Source: Asterias rubens
Lineage: Eukaryota
Direction of reading: 5' to 3'
Length of the DNA stretch: 64,000 nt
Assembly: GCF_902459465.1 (NCBI RefSeq)
Contig: NC_047064.1
Coordinates: 930,001 to 994,000, forward strand
Shown here: positions 36,547-48,746 of the stretch, piece after piece
Numbering within the stretch: position 1 is the first letter of the stretch
Layout of the letters: each line of letters begins with the position of its first letter
Notes under the pieces: model-generated
Database searches by the model: none
The model's input: only the letters and a program-made list of their open reading frames with translations
What the model was told of the DNA's origin: nothing
Position numbers and translations under genes: made by a program

Positions 36547-38126
36547 GCTACATGTGCTATAGTCCCTTGTAATTCAAGAACTCTACATACAGTACTCATT
36601 GTGAATAGATTGTACTTGCAGTTGTTTGCATACTTGATACTTTTCAATGACCGTGTCAGTTACAAGCATGGCTACTATGTGCCTGAGTGACTCTAGAGTA
36701 TTTTATATATTTTTGGCTCATTTCCAATCATGGTGGAACTTCAGAAAAACATGTCACAGAATGTAGGACGTAGATCCGGATTTTCGTAAACAAATAGTTC
36801 TCTTGAATTTCTACTAAATTGTATTCTCAGAATATCTATAGCCATTGATGGGTGGGTAAAGGCAAAATAAACTTGAAGCATGCTTGGAAAAAAAAATTGT
36901 CGCAGCTTAGCGATCGTCTTGATCATTTTAACTTATAAGGAATTCTTTTGAGTCAATAGTTTTCGGAGCAGACTTGCGATGATCTTCTTTAAAAAAAGAT
37001 GTTTTGCTTTTACCCTAACTTTTCTTGAAACATCCACCCCTCCCTCCTTACCTACCTTCCCTGACAGCATTCCCATCATGAGAAGCACATCTCCACAGTC
37101 ATTCCAGACAGGTTAAGCCCACGCCATCTTTTCAAATTAGGGAATTGGTTCACACCATATGTAGGTTATAAGCAAGCTTTAAACCGTCTTGCAGATGTCA
37201 CATGTTGACAGAGCCCGCGTCACCACGCCCCATCCTAGCCGAAGTCGACTAGGTATCTTTGCTCCAGTTTACAGATAATCCTGACACGCCATATATTTCC
37301 TGTTTATTCCCCCGAATCATGGAGCTCTAATCTTGGCTTTTATGTTCATGTTCGAGCTAGATGAAATAGATGTTTACACCTTGTTACTGCTTACCAAAAT
37401 TGCTGTTTGAAAATGTTTAAGTCTGCAAGCCTTGCCTCTTTTTTCCTCAACAACTGCAGTTGCTTGTCTGAATGTTATACTGCCAGCATAATTTTTCTGT
37501 GAACATTTTCATCTTTTTAAAAATTTAAAATGGCCTCAGTTGCAGATTGACTTGTTTCAGCAGTTTGTACAAACTTTTTTACTGAAAATTCCTGCTCATG
37601 AAACTAATAACATTATGGAATGGTTTATGAAAGATTGAGTTCATATACTCCTTACAAAGTAACTCTGAGAGAACCCCCCCCCCCCCCATGAAGGCTGTAC
37701 ATAATGTACTGTTGGTTATATACCTCTACAACAAACTGCCAAGCTTTTAACCATAATTGCTACGACACAAACATGAGTTTTTTAAATACTGTCTCAACGC
37801 TTGAGCTTTATTTAAAGTACTTGTGGAAATCCCTCTAACAATCTGGAAACATGTAAGCCACATTAATCTCCAACCAGTCATTGTAGTTTTATTTTCTGGC
37901 GTCTACGTTTGTGATGTAGGGATCCCATGTGGAATGATGACATTTTTTCTTATGGATGCCTACATCAAGTAAACCATGAACTTTGTCCTTAATTCCCTGA
38001 TCTTATGGTCATCCATAGAGGAATCACTTCATCACATGTGGGCTTCTCTACTTTCTAGAATTTAAAGGGTGAAGCATTTACTTCTTTTTCTCTCCACTCA
38101 ATTTCTTGCTTCGATCCTTCTTGCAT

Positions 38127-38168
38127 TTTCCTGAAGAGGATCGGAGCAAACTGATTGAAACCTTGAGT
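38127..38168 (+). ncRNA. Decayed minimal hammerhead motif (canonical core)
   Basis: TTTC CTGAAGA G GATCGG agcaaa CTGATT GAAA CC TT GAG. The core is intact, but the stem III palindrome is broken (ACCT) and C11.1 has become T. About 75 nt downstream lies CCACCATGCAAAGTTTCAAATCCT, the family terminus also seen at 32401. Confidence 0.6.
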
Positions 38169-39297
38169 TGTTAACCATTGGTTGTTTTCACTTTCAGAAC
38201 CAACACGACTAAAAAGAGATTTAACATCATGGTAACACTTCCACCATGCAAAGTTTCAAATCCTACTTTCTGTATTTTCCCAGCTTAGTGTGAAACTCGC
38301 CAAGTTATAAGTTCATTCTTGAATGCAAATTCACTTTAAGAATTGTTCAACTCTAGTTTCCACCCTACACCCTCCTCCAGACACACCCGCAGAGCTGTAT
38401 TTATTCAGAACCCTTTTATCTACTCCTCCCTTTGGTTTCAGTTGAGGTCACTCCTTAGGTCACTCGGTAATAACCTTCTCTTAATCCACCTGTCACCAAA
38501 GTTTGAGATTTTAGCTGAAGTTGCAGAGCCATGCAACCGAATCACTTGTCACCGAACAGCCCAAAATTTCCCAAATACCACTGGAGGGTTACTGTTTCCC
38601 TTGAGTGGAAAGAAACTCCCAATCCATTGGATTCATCTGAAAGACCAAAACAAAAAATGTGCAAGTTATGCATCTTGACGCAAGCGAGTTATTTGGATGT
38701 TATTGGTTGGCGATGTTGATCTTTATCTGAGAGTTACTGGGTCAGATATGCCATGGGTTATTGGTTCTTTAATAGTAACTTTGTAATAACGTCCCTGTGT
38801 TGTTGAGCCGGAGTGAACTATTAGAGTACTGCTGAAAAATAACGCCACCTTTTGTGATTTATTTTGATTGTTGGTCGGAGCTCAGAAGTCAAATACCTGT
38901 GTTCTTTACCTTGTTTTTCCCCATTGTGAAATTGAAATACCTTTACAGAAGATTGAGGTCATATTCATGTACTGTTTAATTTACCATGAGGTTCACAAAC
39001 AGGTTCACAACATCTGTCAAGAAAGGTTAATAGAAAGCCCTCTCAACTTTTTGAATAAGTCTTTTTGAACAGAAATCTTTTTCCAGTGGAAATCCAATTT
39101 TCATTCATAAAAAAATTGCTGGTTCTGAATTTTGGGCAGTTATTTTTTATTGTGAAGGATGTTTTCACATTTCCATTTAGTCATAACCAAAAGGAGCAAA
39201 GGAGTCAAAATAAAATAAAATATGTTAACCTAAAAAACAGATACAATTATTTCTTAATAAGGTTTTGGAGTTCTGTACCTCCAAGTATTTATCTATA

Positions 39298-39389
39298 GAA
39301 TAAAATATCAAAGTCTCGTTGGTCATTCCTGCATGATGTTAACGAATAAAATATCAAAGTCTCGTTGGTCATTCCTGCATGATGTTAAC
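39298..39389. repeat. Perfect tandem duplication, 2 x 46 bp
   Basis: GAATAAAATATCAAAGTCTCGTTGGTCATTCCTGCATGATGTTAAC twice. Confidence 0.95.
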
Positions 39390-40333
39390 AAAAATTAGCA
39401 CAAAGAAAAATATCTTTGCAGACTTCTAGTTTGTAAGTTTGAAATAATACTAACCTGGGAAACTGGACCGTGAGAAAGGGCCCTGAGCCTTTTCTGATAA
39501 CAATCCAATCATATGCAAGAAAAGTTTGAGATTACGTTTTGTTGGATATTAAGCTGATTTAAAAAATGACCTAAAATTGAATAGACTACCCTCAGATCAC
39601 AGAGTACAATACTTGGTTTTAAAATTGTGCTTTGTGTGGATGTAAATTTTGAATAAAAATAAAAATGTTTTGACTTAAAAATTTGTAAGTTGCTTGTTTG
39701 CCTGCTTACTTAATGCATTATTTAACTTGCCTTGAAGGTTCTGATGAGGTCACATCTATAAAAATTAATTTGGGTTTTGAAAAAGTTGAAGGGTTTGGTG
39801 AGATTGTTGCGTGGGTTTCCTGAGGTGGAGTAGGATAAGTCAGGACTTTATGACTTGCCAGTGTCAATGACTTTGTGGTTATTGTGGGGAATGAATAACA
39901 CAAAAAGGAAAAGTTAGGTAATGTTTGGTAGCTTTAGCCAGAAGTCTACATTTAATAACCCTTTAGGGAGTGTGTGTGGGCTTCGTTAGAACACCCTGAA
40001 GCTCCTCAGAGGATTATGGTTTAAGGTTGAAGTCTTTACAGTCATTCAAGATTTAAAGTTACCTTCAGTGTCTTCTAATGGTAGTCTTAGATGTTCAAGT
40101 ACCCTCCTTGTTGTCACTTCAAGAGGTTAAATCAGATCTCCCAAGACCACTTGATTGGGGGAAATCCTGTTCAAAGTTAATTTTCTTTGTATAAGTTGAC
40201 AATAGTTCTTGGTTATCATCTTAGTTTGGCCCACCTCTGTGGATAAGATGGGTGGAGACGAGACCAATGGGGAGTACAAGTATACTTGATTGAATGATGC
40301 TGTTATGTCTTTGTTATTGTATCTCTGCGGGTG

Positions 40334-40692
40334 TTAAAGGCAGTGGACACTAGCATAAAACCTTACTTGGTAACAGTAATGGGGAGAGTTGATAGAAAAA
40401 ACATTGTGGGGGAAACGGCTCCCTCTGAACTAATGTAGTTTTCGAGAAAGAAGTAGTTTTCCACGTATTTGATTTCAAATCATCAGAATTAGAATTTGAC
40501 GTCTCGAAATCAAGCATCTGAAAGCACACAACTTTGTGTGACGAGGGTGTTTTTTCTTTTATAGTTATCTCACAACTTCAACGACCAATTGAGTTCAAAT
40601 TTTCACAGGTTTTTCATTTTATGCATATGTTGGGATACACCAAGTGAGAAGACTGGTCTTTGACAGTTACCAATAGTGTCCAGTGTCTTTAA
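40334..40692. mobile_element. Kolobok-type MITE, including TTAA TSDs
   Basis: TTAAAGGCAGTGGACAC ... GTGTCCAGTGTCTTTAA. Aligns along its length with 21095-21521, with a short deletion after the left TIR. Confidence 0.85.
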
Positions 40693-41430
40693 AGTCTCTG
40701 TACTTTCAACCCGACAGTGTCTTTATTATATCCTGACGTTTCATTTTATGAATGTCAGGCCACACACTTTTTCATCCGTAACCATTCCAGAGAGTGATGT
40801 CGTCTAGCAATCTTGCATAGCTAACATTATAGACTGATTAATGTTTTGTGCTCACCAAATGCCAATATTTCTGGTTCACATAACAAGCACCCTTGTTTAC
40901 AAGTTTCCTCAGGCTTGTGAGCTACAGTGATTATGTTCACCTATGAAGAATCCTTAGCTTAATTATCAGATATTTAAAACAAAAATTATTGTGTAGCAAC
41001 TGGCACATTTTGTGTAGCATTTTGCTCTGCTATACAAAGGAAATCCTCACTGCATCCAATGTTCCTCTGAGGAACTTCTTAAGAATGTGTAGATATCCAA
41101 GGTGAGAAAATGATCCATGTTGATCCACGTGGCATATCTGTATGTGAAGGTATTCTTATTACCGCCTTGGTGAGAAAACAAACATTGTCTGAATCTGATT
41201 CACTCTTCTTTACTGTAACTTGTTACTCGTCTAGTCTAATTGAGTTTTGTCTTACATGAAAGAAATCCAGATTTATGCAGATACTGTTTTAAGACAGGGT
41301 GAATGTAATCTAAGATTGTAATACATCTGACACCCAAGGCAGACAGTATTATTGTACCTTATTAGACTTGGTAATGAACTTATGTAGTAAGCATTGTTGA
41401 GCAATTCTATATTGACACATAGACTCTATA

Positions 41431-42322
41431 GGCCCATTCACACGAGCGCTGCAAACGAGGATCACGTGCGATTTCATAACATCGATGTTATGAAATCGCA
41501 AATCCACGTCGTGTGAATGCTATCTATGTTACGAAATTACCTGGGTCCCGTGTTGTTCATAACACAGATCGAGACCTCCTCCTAAAAATCGCATCGATGT
41601 TATAATCACGGGGAGCCATCGTCTGAACCGAATGCCTGCGATCGTAACTAGGGACCGCTGCGTCGACACGTGAAGAACTATGGAGGAAGAAATGGGCGAA
41701 CTATAGCATGCATATACATGTACATGTACATACATGTACATGTATATCTGCTCAACGCTGGACTACGATCCGTTTGGCTGGTGGGTTTTGTGGCCGGATG
41801 CTAGACCAGCCCAAACCTTGAAGCAAAAACATCGTTCAATCGGAAGCAGAATACGTCATTTGTTTTAATTCATTATTTGGTATGTCTCATCAATAATTTC
41901 CTATCTAAAAGGCATTTCCATTTAACAATGTAGCATTTTTAACGTCCAAAAAGCAATTTGAATCGTGTAATTTTGTGTTTTTTCTTTTTTTAGCTTCGAA
42001 AACGTAAACCCCTTCCCGCCGGCCGCCGGGATGAGAGTTACGTTATCGCAAATGTTTTTAAAATATTCTACATTTTATGTGACTCAATTGATTTCAATGA
42101 AACTGATTTATTTTATTCCTTTTAACTGTAAGGTTTTTGTTTTAACTCAAACCTCTTGCTTGTAGACTTTTGTCCATGCAGTAGGCCTACCCAAACGAGG
42201 GACGTATGTTTACATGTGCGTGTCGTGTGAATGCTCGCTAAAAAATCGCACGCGGTAAAGGTGACAGACGGCTGGCGCCCTTAACCAGGGACCCGCGTTT
42301 GCAGCGCTCGTGTGAAAGGGGC
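41431..42322. mobile_element. PIF/Harbinger-type non-autonomous element (~890 bp), CpG-rich
   Basis: TIRs GGCCCATTCACACGAGCGCTGCAAACG / CGTTTGCAGCGCTCGTGTGAAAGGGGC, flanked by ATA and TTA. Subterminal GTCGTGTGAATGCT and AAAAATCGCA motifs are repeated. No transposase ORF. Confidence 0.8.
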
Positions 42323-43164
42323 TTAAGTCTTCTGGGTTTTTTCCCCATTTGTTTTTTTAAGATTTAAAGTAGTGAAAACATCAGGATGATCAAAATTAGG
42401 AAGACTGGTCTTCTTTCCCCCCTTAATTTAATTTTAGAGATGTTTTCCATACAATCATAAATTTGCGAGAATTATACAGCACTGTTTATCTCTACCCAAC
42501 AGCACAGGTTTACGATAGTAAAATCCAAAGTTTAATTACCAGTGTAAAATATATTTAGCCAGTTTCTAACCCCCATCCTATTGTCAGCAGGATTTTGCTT
42601 CTTTACAAATGGTCCACAGTGGTGGTTTAAGGTGTCTTTTTGTCACAAAAAAAGGGACGGTAGCTTTTGTTGCTAAACTCCGGCTTTGGCGTCAGTTACT
42701 GCTCCATCAATTTGCCGGTAGTCAACAAGCCAGACATTGGTCTTTCCCCCGTTGATTTCTACCAGTGATTAGAATCCAGTTATTATACCTTCCCAAAACC
42801 TCACATAAACCTCACATTTAGCCTTGAGTTAAGTACAAGAGAGTATTCTGCAAAAGGTCATTGCAGTCTTGAATGATTAATTAATGGATGTGGCTGGAAG
42901 TTTCTATTTTATATGAGCCGTGACTCTGATGAAAATACACTTGCCATGAATATTTTATTCTTAATTGCTACGGAGAGTCATTACAAAGGCTCATTGCGTC
43001 TTTTTTATGACGGCATAAAATATGGTAGGTTGGAGAGGAGAGAGTAGTTTGAATTCAAGAGGAGTATCATGAAATAATGTCAAGAAAATTTTGATTCAAA
43101 GATGTTTTTCTTGGGTCAGAGGTAATTTACTTGTCCTGCCATTACATCTTGAACTTACACAAAT

Positions 43165-43430
43165 TCATGGTTCAACCAACTTGTCAAAATAAAAAAGTGA
43201 AGTTGCAGAAAACGATAATAACATAAAATTTATAAGGCGCACAGTATCTTGAATGGTACCATTCAAAGGCGCCAGACAAGCATCTATAAATGTACCTTTA
43301 TGTAATATATTGGCATTGACCTTCCAAAATTCAACTGTGTGTGGTTTTCTCAAGCCTAAAAAAGAAACCTGCAAAACTGTCACATTTCTCACAACCAACG
43401 ATAGCTTGTTTGCCAATTTGTCCGACATTT
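43165..43430 (-). mobile_element. Possible L1/Tx1-type ORF2 remnant
   Basis: The minus ORF contains EFWKVNANILHKGTFID, resembling the G(F/Y)WKxNxSLLxDxxF segment that follows the endonuclease in Tx1/L1 ORF2. This is a single motif with no support on either side. Confidence 0.25.
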
Positions 43431-45789
43431 TGGATACTGAGAAATCTCAACTGCTCTGACTTATGATTTAATCTCATTGGTAAATACAATGACAACTAAA
43501 GTGTCATTTCAGTGGAGCACATCCCATAATGTTGACTGGCAATGTAATGTGGCAAGGAATGATTTAAAAGAAAGGTAATCGTTCTGCTGACATGAGAGAA
43601 GTATTTATTACACTGTCCTACAACGTTGGTTGAATTCCCGCAGAGTCGACTCAGAAAGGTTACTACTGTTTTCATTTGTGAATCATTCATAACCATTAGC
43701 AGATGCTGAGGTTCTAATGTTAAACACATCATGGCTAAATGGGTTGCATTTCACTCAAACAGAATGATACTGACTTTACTGTTCGTAATAATTCTAAAAT
43801 AAACATAGCTAGGGAGAAAAAGAGGGGCATAGTTTAGACAGTAATCATTGAATGATCGTAGGATATGCACCCCAATTTTTAATACTACAAACATAATCCT
43901 ATCAACATTAATTTTGTATTGGATACAGACAATCCCCACCCCAGCACCCCACCTGCAGACAGACACCCTCACAAACCCAGTCATACAATAACGCAGTCAA
44001 TTTGTTTATTTATTTCCGTCTGTAAAAGACTTCATGGTTTTGGAATGCTGTCCCTCTCCACGCTCCGTTTCACATCAGATTTTGATTATGAAGTTTGAGT
44101 CTGTATCAAGATGTGTGGCATTCATGGAACATTTGCAATAATTCCACCCACTTCCAGATCGGCAACAATCCATTGACAGCATTCATAATGGATATTTATG
44201 AAATCCAATTTCCTACACCGAGTAGTTCTTCTCATAATGCCCGGGGCAGAGTTTTATGGTAATCTTTGAAGCTGTTAATCTGAATCAAAATTCTATTTAT
44301 TTAAAAACTTTTTGGTATTTTTTAATTCTTTGCTTTGATATAAAACATTATTTGGTTGGTCTCTGTCAATGAAAATATGGTTTGGTTTCCCTTTTTAAAA
44401 TCAATGTTAAATAGAATTGTTTAACAGGAAGCTGTTCTGGTTCTTGACACTTACATCGTCTTGAATCATTCATCAACACATAGAGGACTTCCCACGCTCT
44501 GGTCATCTGCTCTAGTTTCAATCATTGAATTGACAACAGATTCTTTCACATGGATGGAAATGACCATCAGATCAAAGTTTTCTTGAAGTTGAAAGCGGGG
44601 CTACGGTTTTGTTGCCTTTGTTACGAACTACGTAACTCACTATTTCACTCTACAAGTACCTGAATATGGTGTTGTCATCAATAAGAATGAAAGTATATAG
44701 GAATCTAGATCAATTAATTGATACCGAATCGAGTAAATTGTAAACGACATTCCGCTTAGAATATTAGCAGTTTCTCCTTTTCAGTCTGGAATTTTATCAG
44801 TTGTATGCTGCACTTTTATGAACTTGTAATACCTGCTCAGATAATAATAGCTTTAAAGAAAGTAAAGTCTACTTTGACACTGGTTTTCAGTCTAGTCATG
44901 TTGGTGAATTGTGAACTGAGAAAGTACATTTGGTGTTAATAGGAGTTCATGATTCAAGGATAGGTTCTAAATGCCATTCAACCCAAGTACGCGTATTATG
45001 CTGTGAACTCAAGAAACAGTGTCTTCCTGGCTCACAAGCAAATCAGTCACAATTTTTGATGGAACGATCAGAAACGAATCTGCCAGTTTCCAAATTTTGT
45101 ACGTCATCGAGACTAAAAATTCCAAACAATAGGGACGTGTTTTTTCTCCATTCCGGAGCTTTCATCAATCTTCAGAATTTATTTTTAAACACAGGTGATA
45201 AAAAATATTTGAGTTACAAAAGAAGGTGTGATTATGACCACTGTTGCATATAGGCACCCCATGAATTCACCCCGAAAGTGAGGTTTATGAGCCGAAGTGG
45301 ATTGAAAAATGGAATGTTGTTGACAAGTTTCATAGGTTGATGTGAAACCATAAACATGTCACATAAAATTGGCAAGTTGAAATGGTAATTGTACTATTGA
45401 CTTTGTTGAGAAACATGTTTTTGCCAGTTTAAATAGTGTGGGTGTTTCAAAAGAGAGTGGGAAGACATGGCCTATATATTGATCTTAACATCCTGATACA
45501 AAACTTGAACATTTAGGCTCTAAGGTCAAATTGAGTTTTGTGATCCACATATTTTCGAATGGATAAAGTCTTTATGAATGTGGAGGAAAAATTACAAATT
45601 TCTAACCTTATGTTTAAACAGTGTAACATGGCACTGTGTTTCTGTGCAATTTTTGTTGATGTTCAATCAAAATGGAAATGAATTTGAGCCATTGGCCCTA
45701 ATTTCTTTCCCACTTTTAAGAGCATTCTGTTGGAAATTTAGTGTGTCACAAAGCTCAATTTTATTTTGGAGCCCCCCCCCCTAAATATC

Positions 45790-45894
45790 CAGCGGTGGAT
45801 TTCACAAGAGTTAGACTAGTCTTATCTCAAGATAGGACCAGTTACATGTACTCCTCCTCAGTTAGGTCCTAACTCTTTGTTAAATTGACCCCAG
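45790..45894. mobile_element. Short MITE
   Basis: Imperfect TIRs CAGCGGTGGATTTCACAAGAG / CTCTTTGTTAAATTGACCCCAG, with AGTTAG..CTAACT motifs inside. Confidence 0.45.
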
Positions 45895-48376
45895 AAGTAA
45901 CCATCCGCACCTACTTTTTAAAAGTTGTAGTTTGTACTTTAATACCTCATTATGAGATACCTCAAAACCCACACCAAAGTTGTTTCCTTAACTATTTGTT
46001 CACGTTAGATAAAACCTGATTGGTTAGACAGACTTGGCCTATTTCAAGCATAACTGTGCATCAAATTCCAACATCAAGAAGTAAATCAGTAAAAGAAAGT
46101 AGACTATGCGTAGGTGTGTTGTTCCTTTGAATTATTGTTACAAAGTGCCTAAATTTCTGAAGTTAGATTTCTCTAAATTGATTTGTTTGTGTATTAGGCC
46201 TACTTTACGTATTGCAAGAACACAAAGGCCTTACAACGTAAATCATCCAAAGCTGAAAGAAAGTGCATAAAAATAATAAAAAAAATTAATAAAAAGAAAG
46301 TTTTTGCGTCATTGAAGTTATAGTAGTCGTTAAAAAATCACTGTAACTTTGGAATTTGATTTGTTTGGTTAGCACTGGGTGAGTGCATGCACTTGTTCCA
46401 CTTGATATGATACAAGTGATAGAAGCCAAGAATGCTAAAATATATGCATTGGGGTAATTATAACTTAGAAGTCTCACTGGCATCATTCCATTTTTAACAA
46501 AAAGAAAAAATCACCCGTAAGAAAAGTGTTAGTTAAATTTTAGTTAGATGAATTTTTAAAGTTCTGTACTGGGGGGGGACACCTTTGGAAAATGGAGAAG
46601 AACCGTGGGAGATCCACTGCACTGTATCAAATTGTACAGTTTTCATTGCCCCAGTACTGCCATTGAAGTGGCAACCTTGATAACTTAACTAAACTTCCGC
46701 GCTTGGGAGTTTTGTCGGCTTCTTTTCACTGACCAACCAAATTGGACCATGCGGCGTTCTTTCATGTATTGTTATGAACAACTACTATCCATTATTCAAT
46801 ACAGGATTCATGCTCATTATCATAAGCCCATCCTTATAAGCCCATCCTATATCGGGTACTTATGGCGACTTAATATATCCATGGAGGTAGTATCAAACTA
46901 CAGAAGGTGACATCATTAAAAATCACTTAAATCTTCCCTTTTTAATCTTTATTGCGATTTGCCTGTGGCGATTGGATTCATTTCTGGAGAGTGTTATGTT
47001 GGCTTAATTTATAACACTTCAGGTATAATCATTATGGAGGTCCTTGCCTTCACACAGGACAAGGGAGTGGGAGAAGAGAAAACACAAGAAACTATAAAGC
47101 ATAAATTAATTACTATGGTTTAGAATGGTACAATAGTGTAGGTTTGCACAAATGAGATCTTAAATGGTGGTTTTTGGTTTGTAGCTACTTAGTGGAGATA
47201 AGCTGACTCACATGTTTAGGAAGTATTGTGTGGTGTTTCTTGTTTATGTGGTTTGAGGTTTCTGTGTTTATTTTTATCTTCAAGTGTAAGGCTTCCCAGG
47301 GGGGAATATGTCACTCTGAGGTCAGAACACAAGATGTGTTCAAGGAATTGTTGTTCTTTTAATAATTATCAGCAATAATCAGCAAATAAATTGTTGTAAT
47401 ATCAGCTGAGGATTTGATAAAGTGCCTTTGCACACAGATAAGAAGGGCATATCAAGTTGTTTGTGACATTCATGAGACGTACTCATCCCTTCCCCGAAAT
47501 GCTGTCATCTTCAAGAAACTGATATTAGATTTGCAATCTTACTTCCTTGCCATGATCGGAATAATGTGTGTAGGAATGTATTACCAAAACATGTTATCGT
47601 TAAATTTAGTTTAAAAAAAGATTCCCTACGTAGTTAATCACCATGGTTACCAAAAAGAGGAGAATGATTGCCTTATTGTTTGTTCTTATATTTTTGTTCA
47701 AGGATGAAAGAGCTGACCAAACATTGCTGGCTTTGCCTAACTTACAATTCTAAAATAGGGGATTAAATTAAAATCAATCGTTGAAAGGAAAGGGATGGGG
47801 GAAGAAAAGGTGTGGCTTAAAAAATATGAGGGTGTGGACAATCAATTCTTTTTTTTACTGGGCCTTAAAATTTTGCCTTTTAAATTTTTGGCTGTCCATG
47901 TGATTCCTTCAGGAAGAAATGATATACGTGGTTTAAAGCGGAAATTAAATACAAAAATGCGGAAATACAGGCATGCATTATTGAGTAACTAAGAGATGGT
48001 TGTATGCAAGATCGGCCATGACTAGCGTAGATATACTTAGCATTCATCCAAAAGCAAACTAAATACTTCAACCAGATAGAGGGTGCATTTAACAAAAATA
48101 CAAGGTGTTGGCATAACTTCTGCACATAGACTTTAGAGTAATATCTCTATTATAAACAGTAGATGTTATGGTTCACTACTGAAGCATGCATCATTGCAAC
48201 GTTAATAAACTACCGTAGAGTTGAGCGAAACTATCCGTCCGTTGAATACTGAATACCTCTTAATGGAATATCACTGACAATTTGACTCTTTGTTGTTAAT
48301 AGTTTAGTAGTCACCGTGACGCTAAACCTAGGATAACTATACAAGATGAAACTGAGCTGTGGGTAGGGATACTTCA

Positions 48377-48613
48377 TCAAACTGTCACAGGGTCTTTGTC
48401 TGTATCTGCCCATCCCTCAGGGGGTCCTCTTTGGTCCTCCGATCCCGGATTTAGAAGAGGTTTTGTTCCATGCAGACACATTGCATGGTTTAGTGGAATG
48501 CAGTTGTTGTGAAATTTGTTACGCCATACTCTGTAGGAGGGGTTGAACGTCAAGTCGTATCTACTTAATAGTATCCGTTGAAGATAATCGAGCTGACAGG
48601 GGTCAATAGAAAC
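48377..48613 (-). other. Candidate terminal coding exon on the minus strand (78 aa), unassigned
   Basis: An acceptor-like ctttatatttgtatccgcctatgatcacag|G is followed by the open frame VSIDPCQLDYLQRILLSRYDLTFNPSYRVWRNKFHNNCIPLNHAMCLHGTKPLLNPGSEDQRGPPEGWADTDKDPVTV*. No homolog recognised and no upstream exons found. Confidence 0.25.
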
Positions 48614-48624
48614 CTGTGATCATA

Positions 48625-48746
48625 GGCGGATACAAATATAAAGCTGGGATGCGATTATAAGTATCTATAAGTATCTGTGGTTTAATGTGGATGGCTTCCC
48701 TGACGAAACTTCTTGCTCTATGGTTTAATTTGGATGTGGTGTCCCA
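48625..48746 (-). mobile_element. Possible Penelope-like GIY-YIG C-terminal remnant
   Basis: Minus translation WDTTSKLNHRARSFVREAIHIKPQ..NRIPALY resembles the W..KIL..E...R.(I/V)(K/R)EAI.I....NR end of PLE endonucleases. It is short and degenerate. Confidence 0.35.

Noticed and set aside
43440-43690. Plus-strand ERSIYYTVLQRWLN as a BACK domain fragment
   Set aside because: There are two in-frame stops just upstream and no BTB or Kelch sequence nearby.
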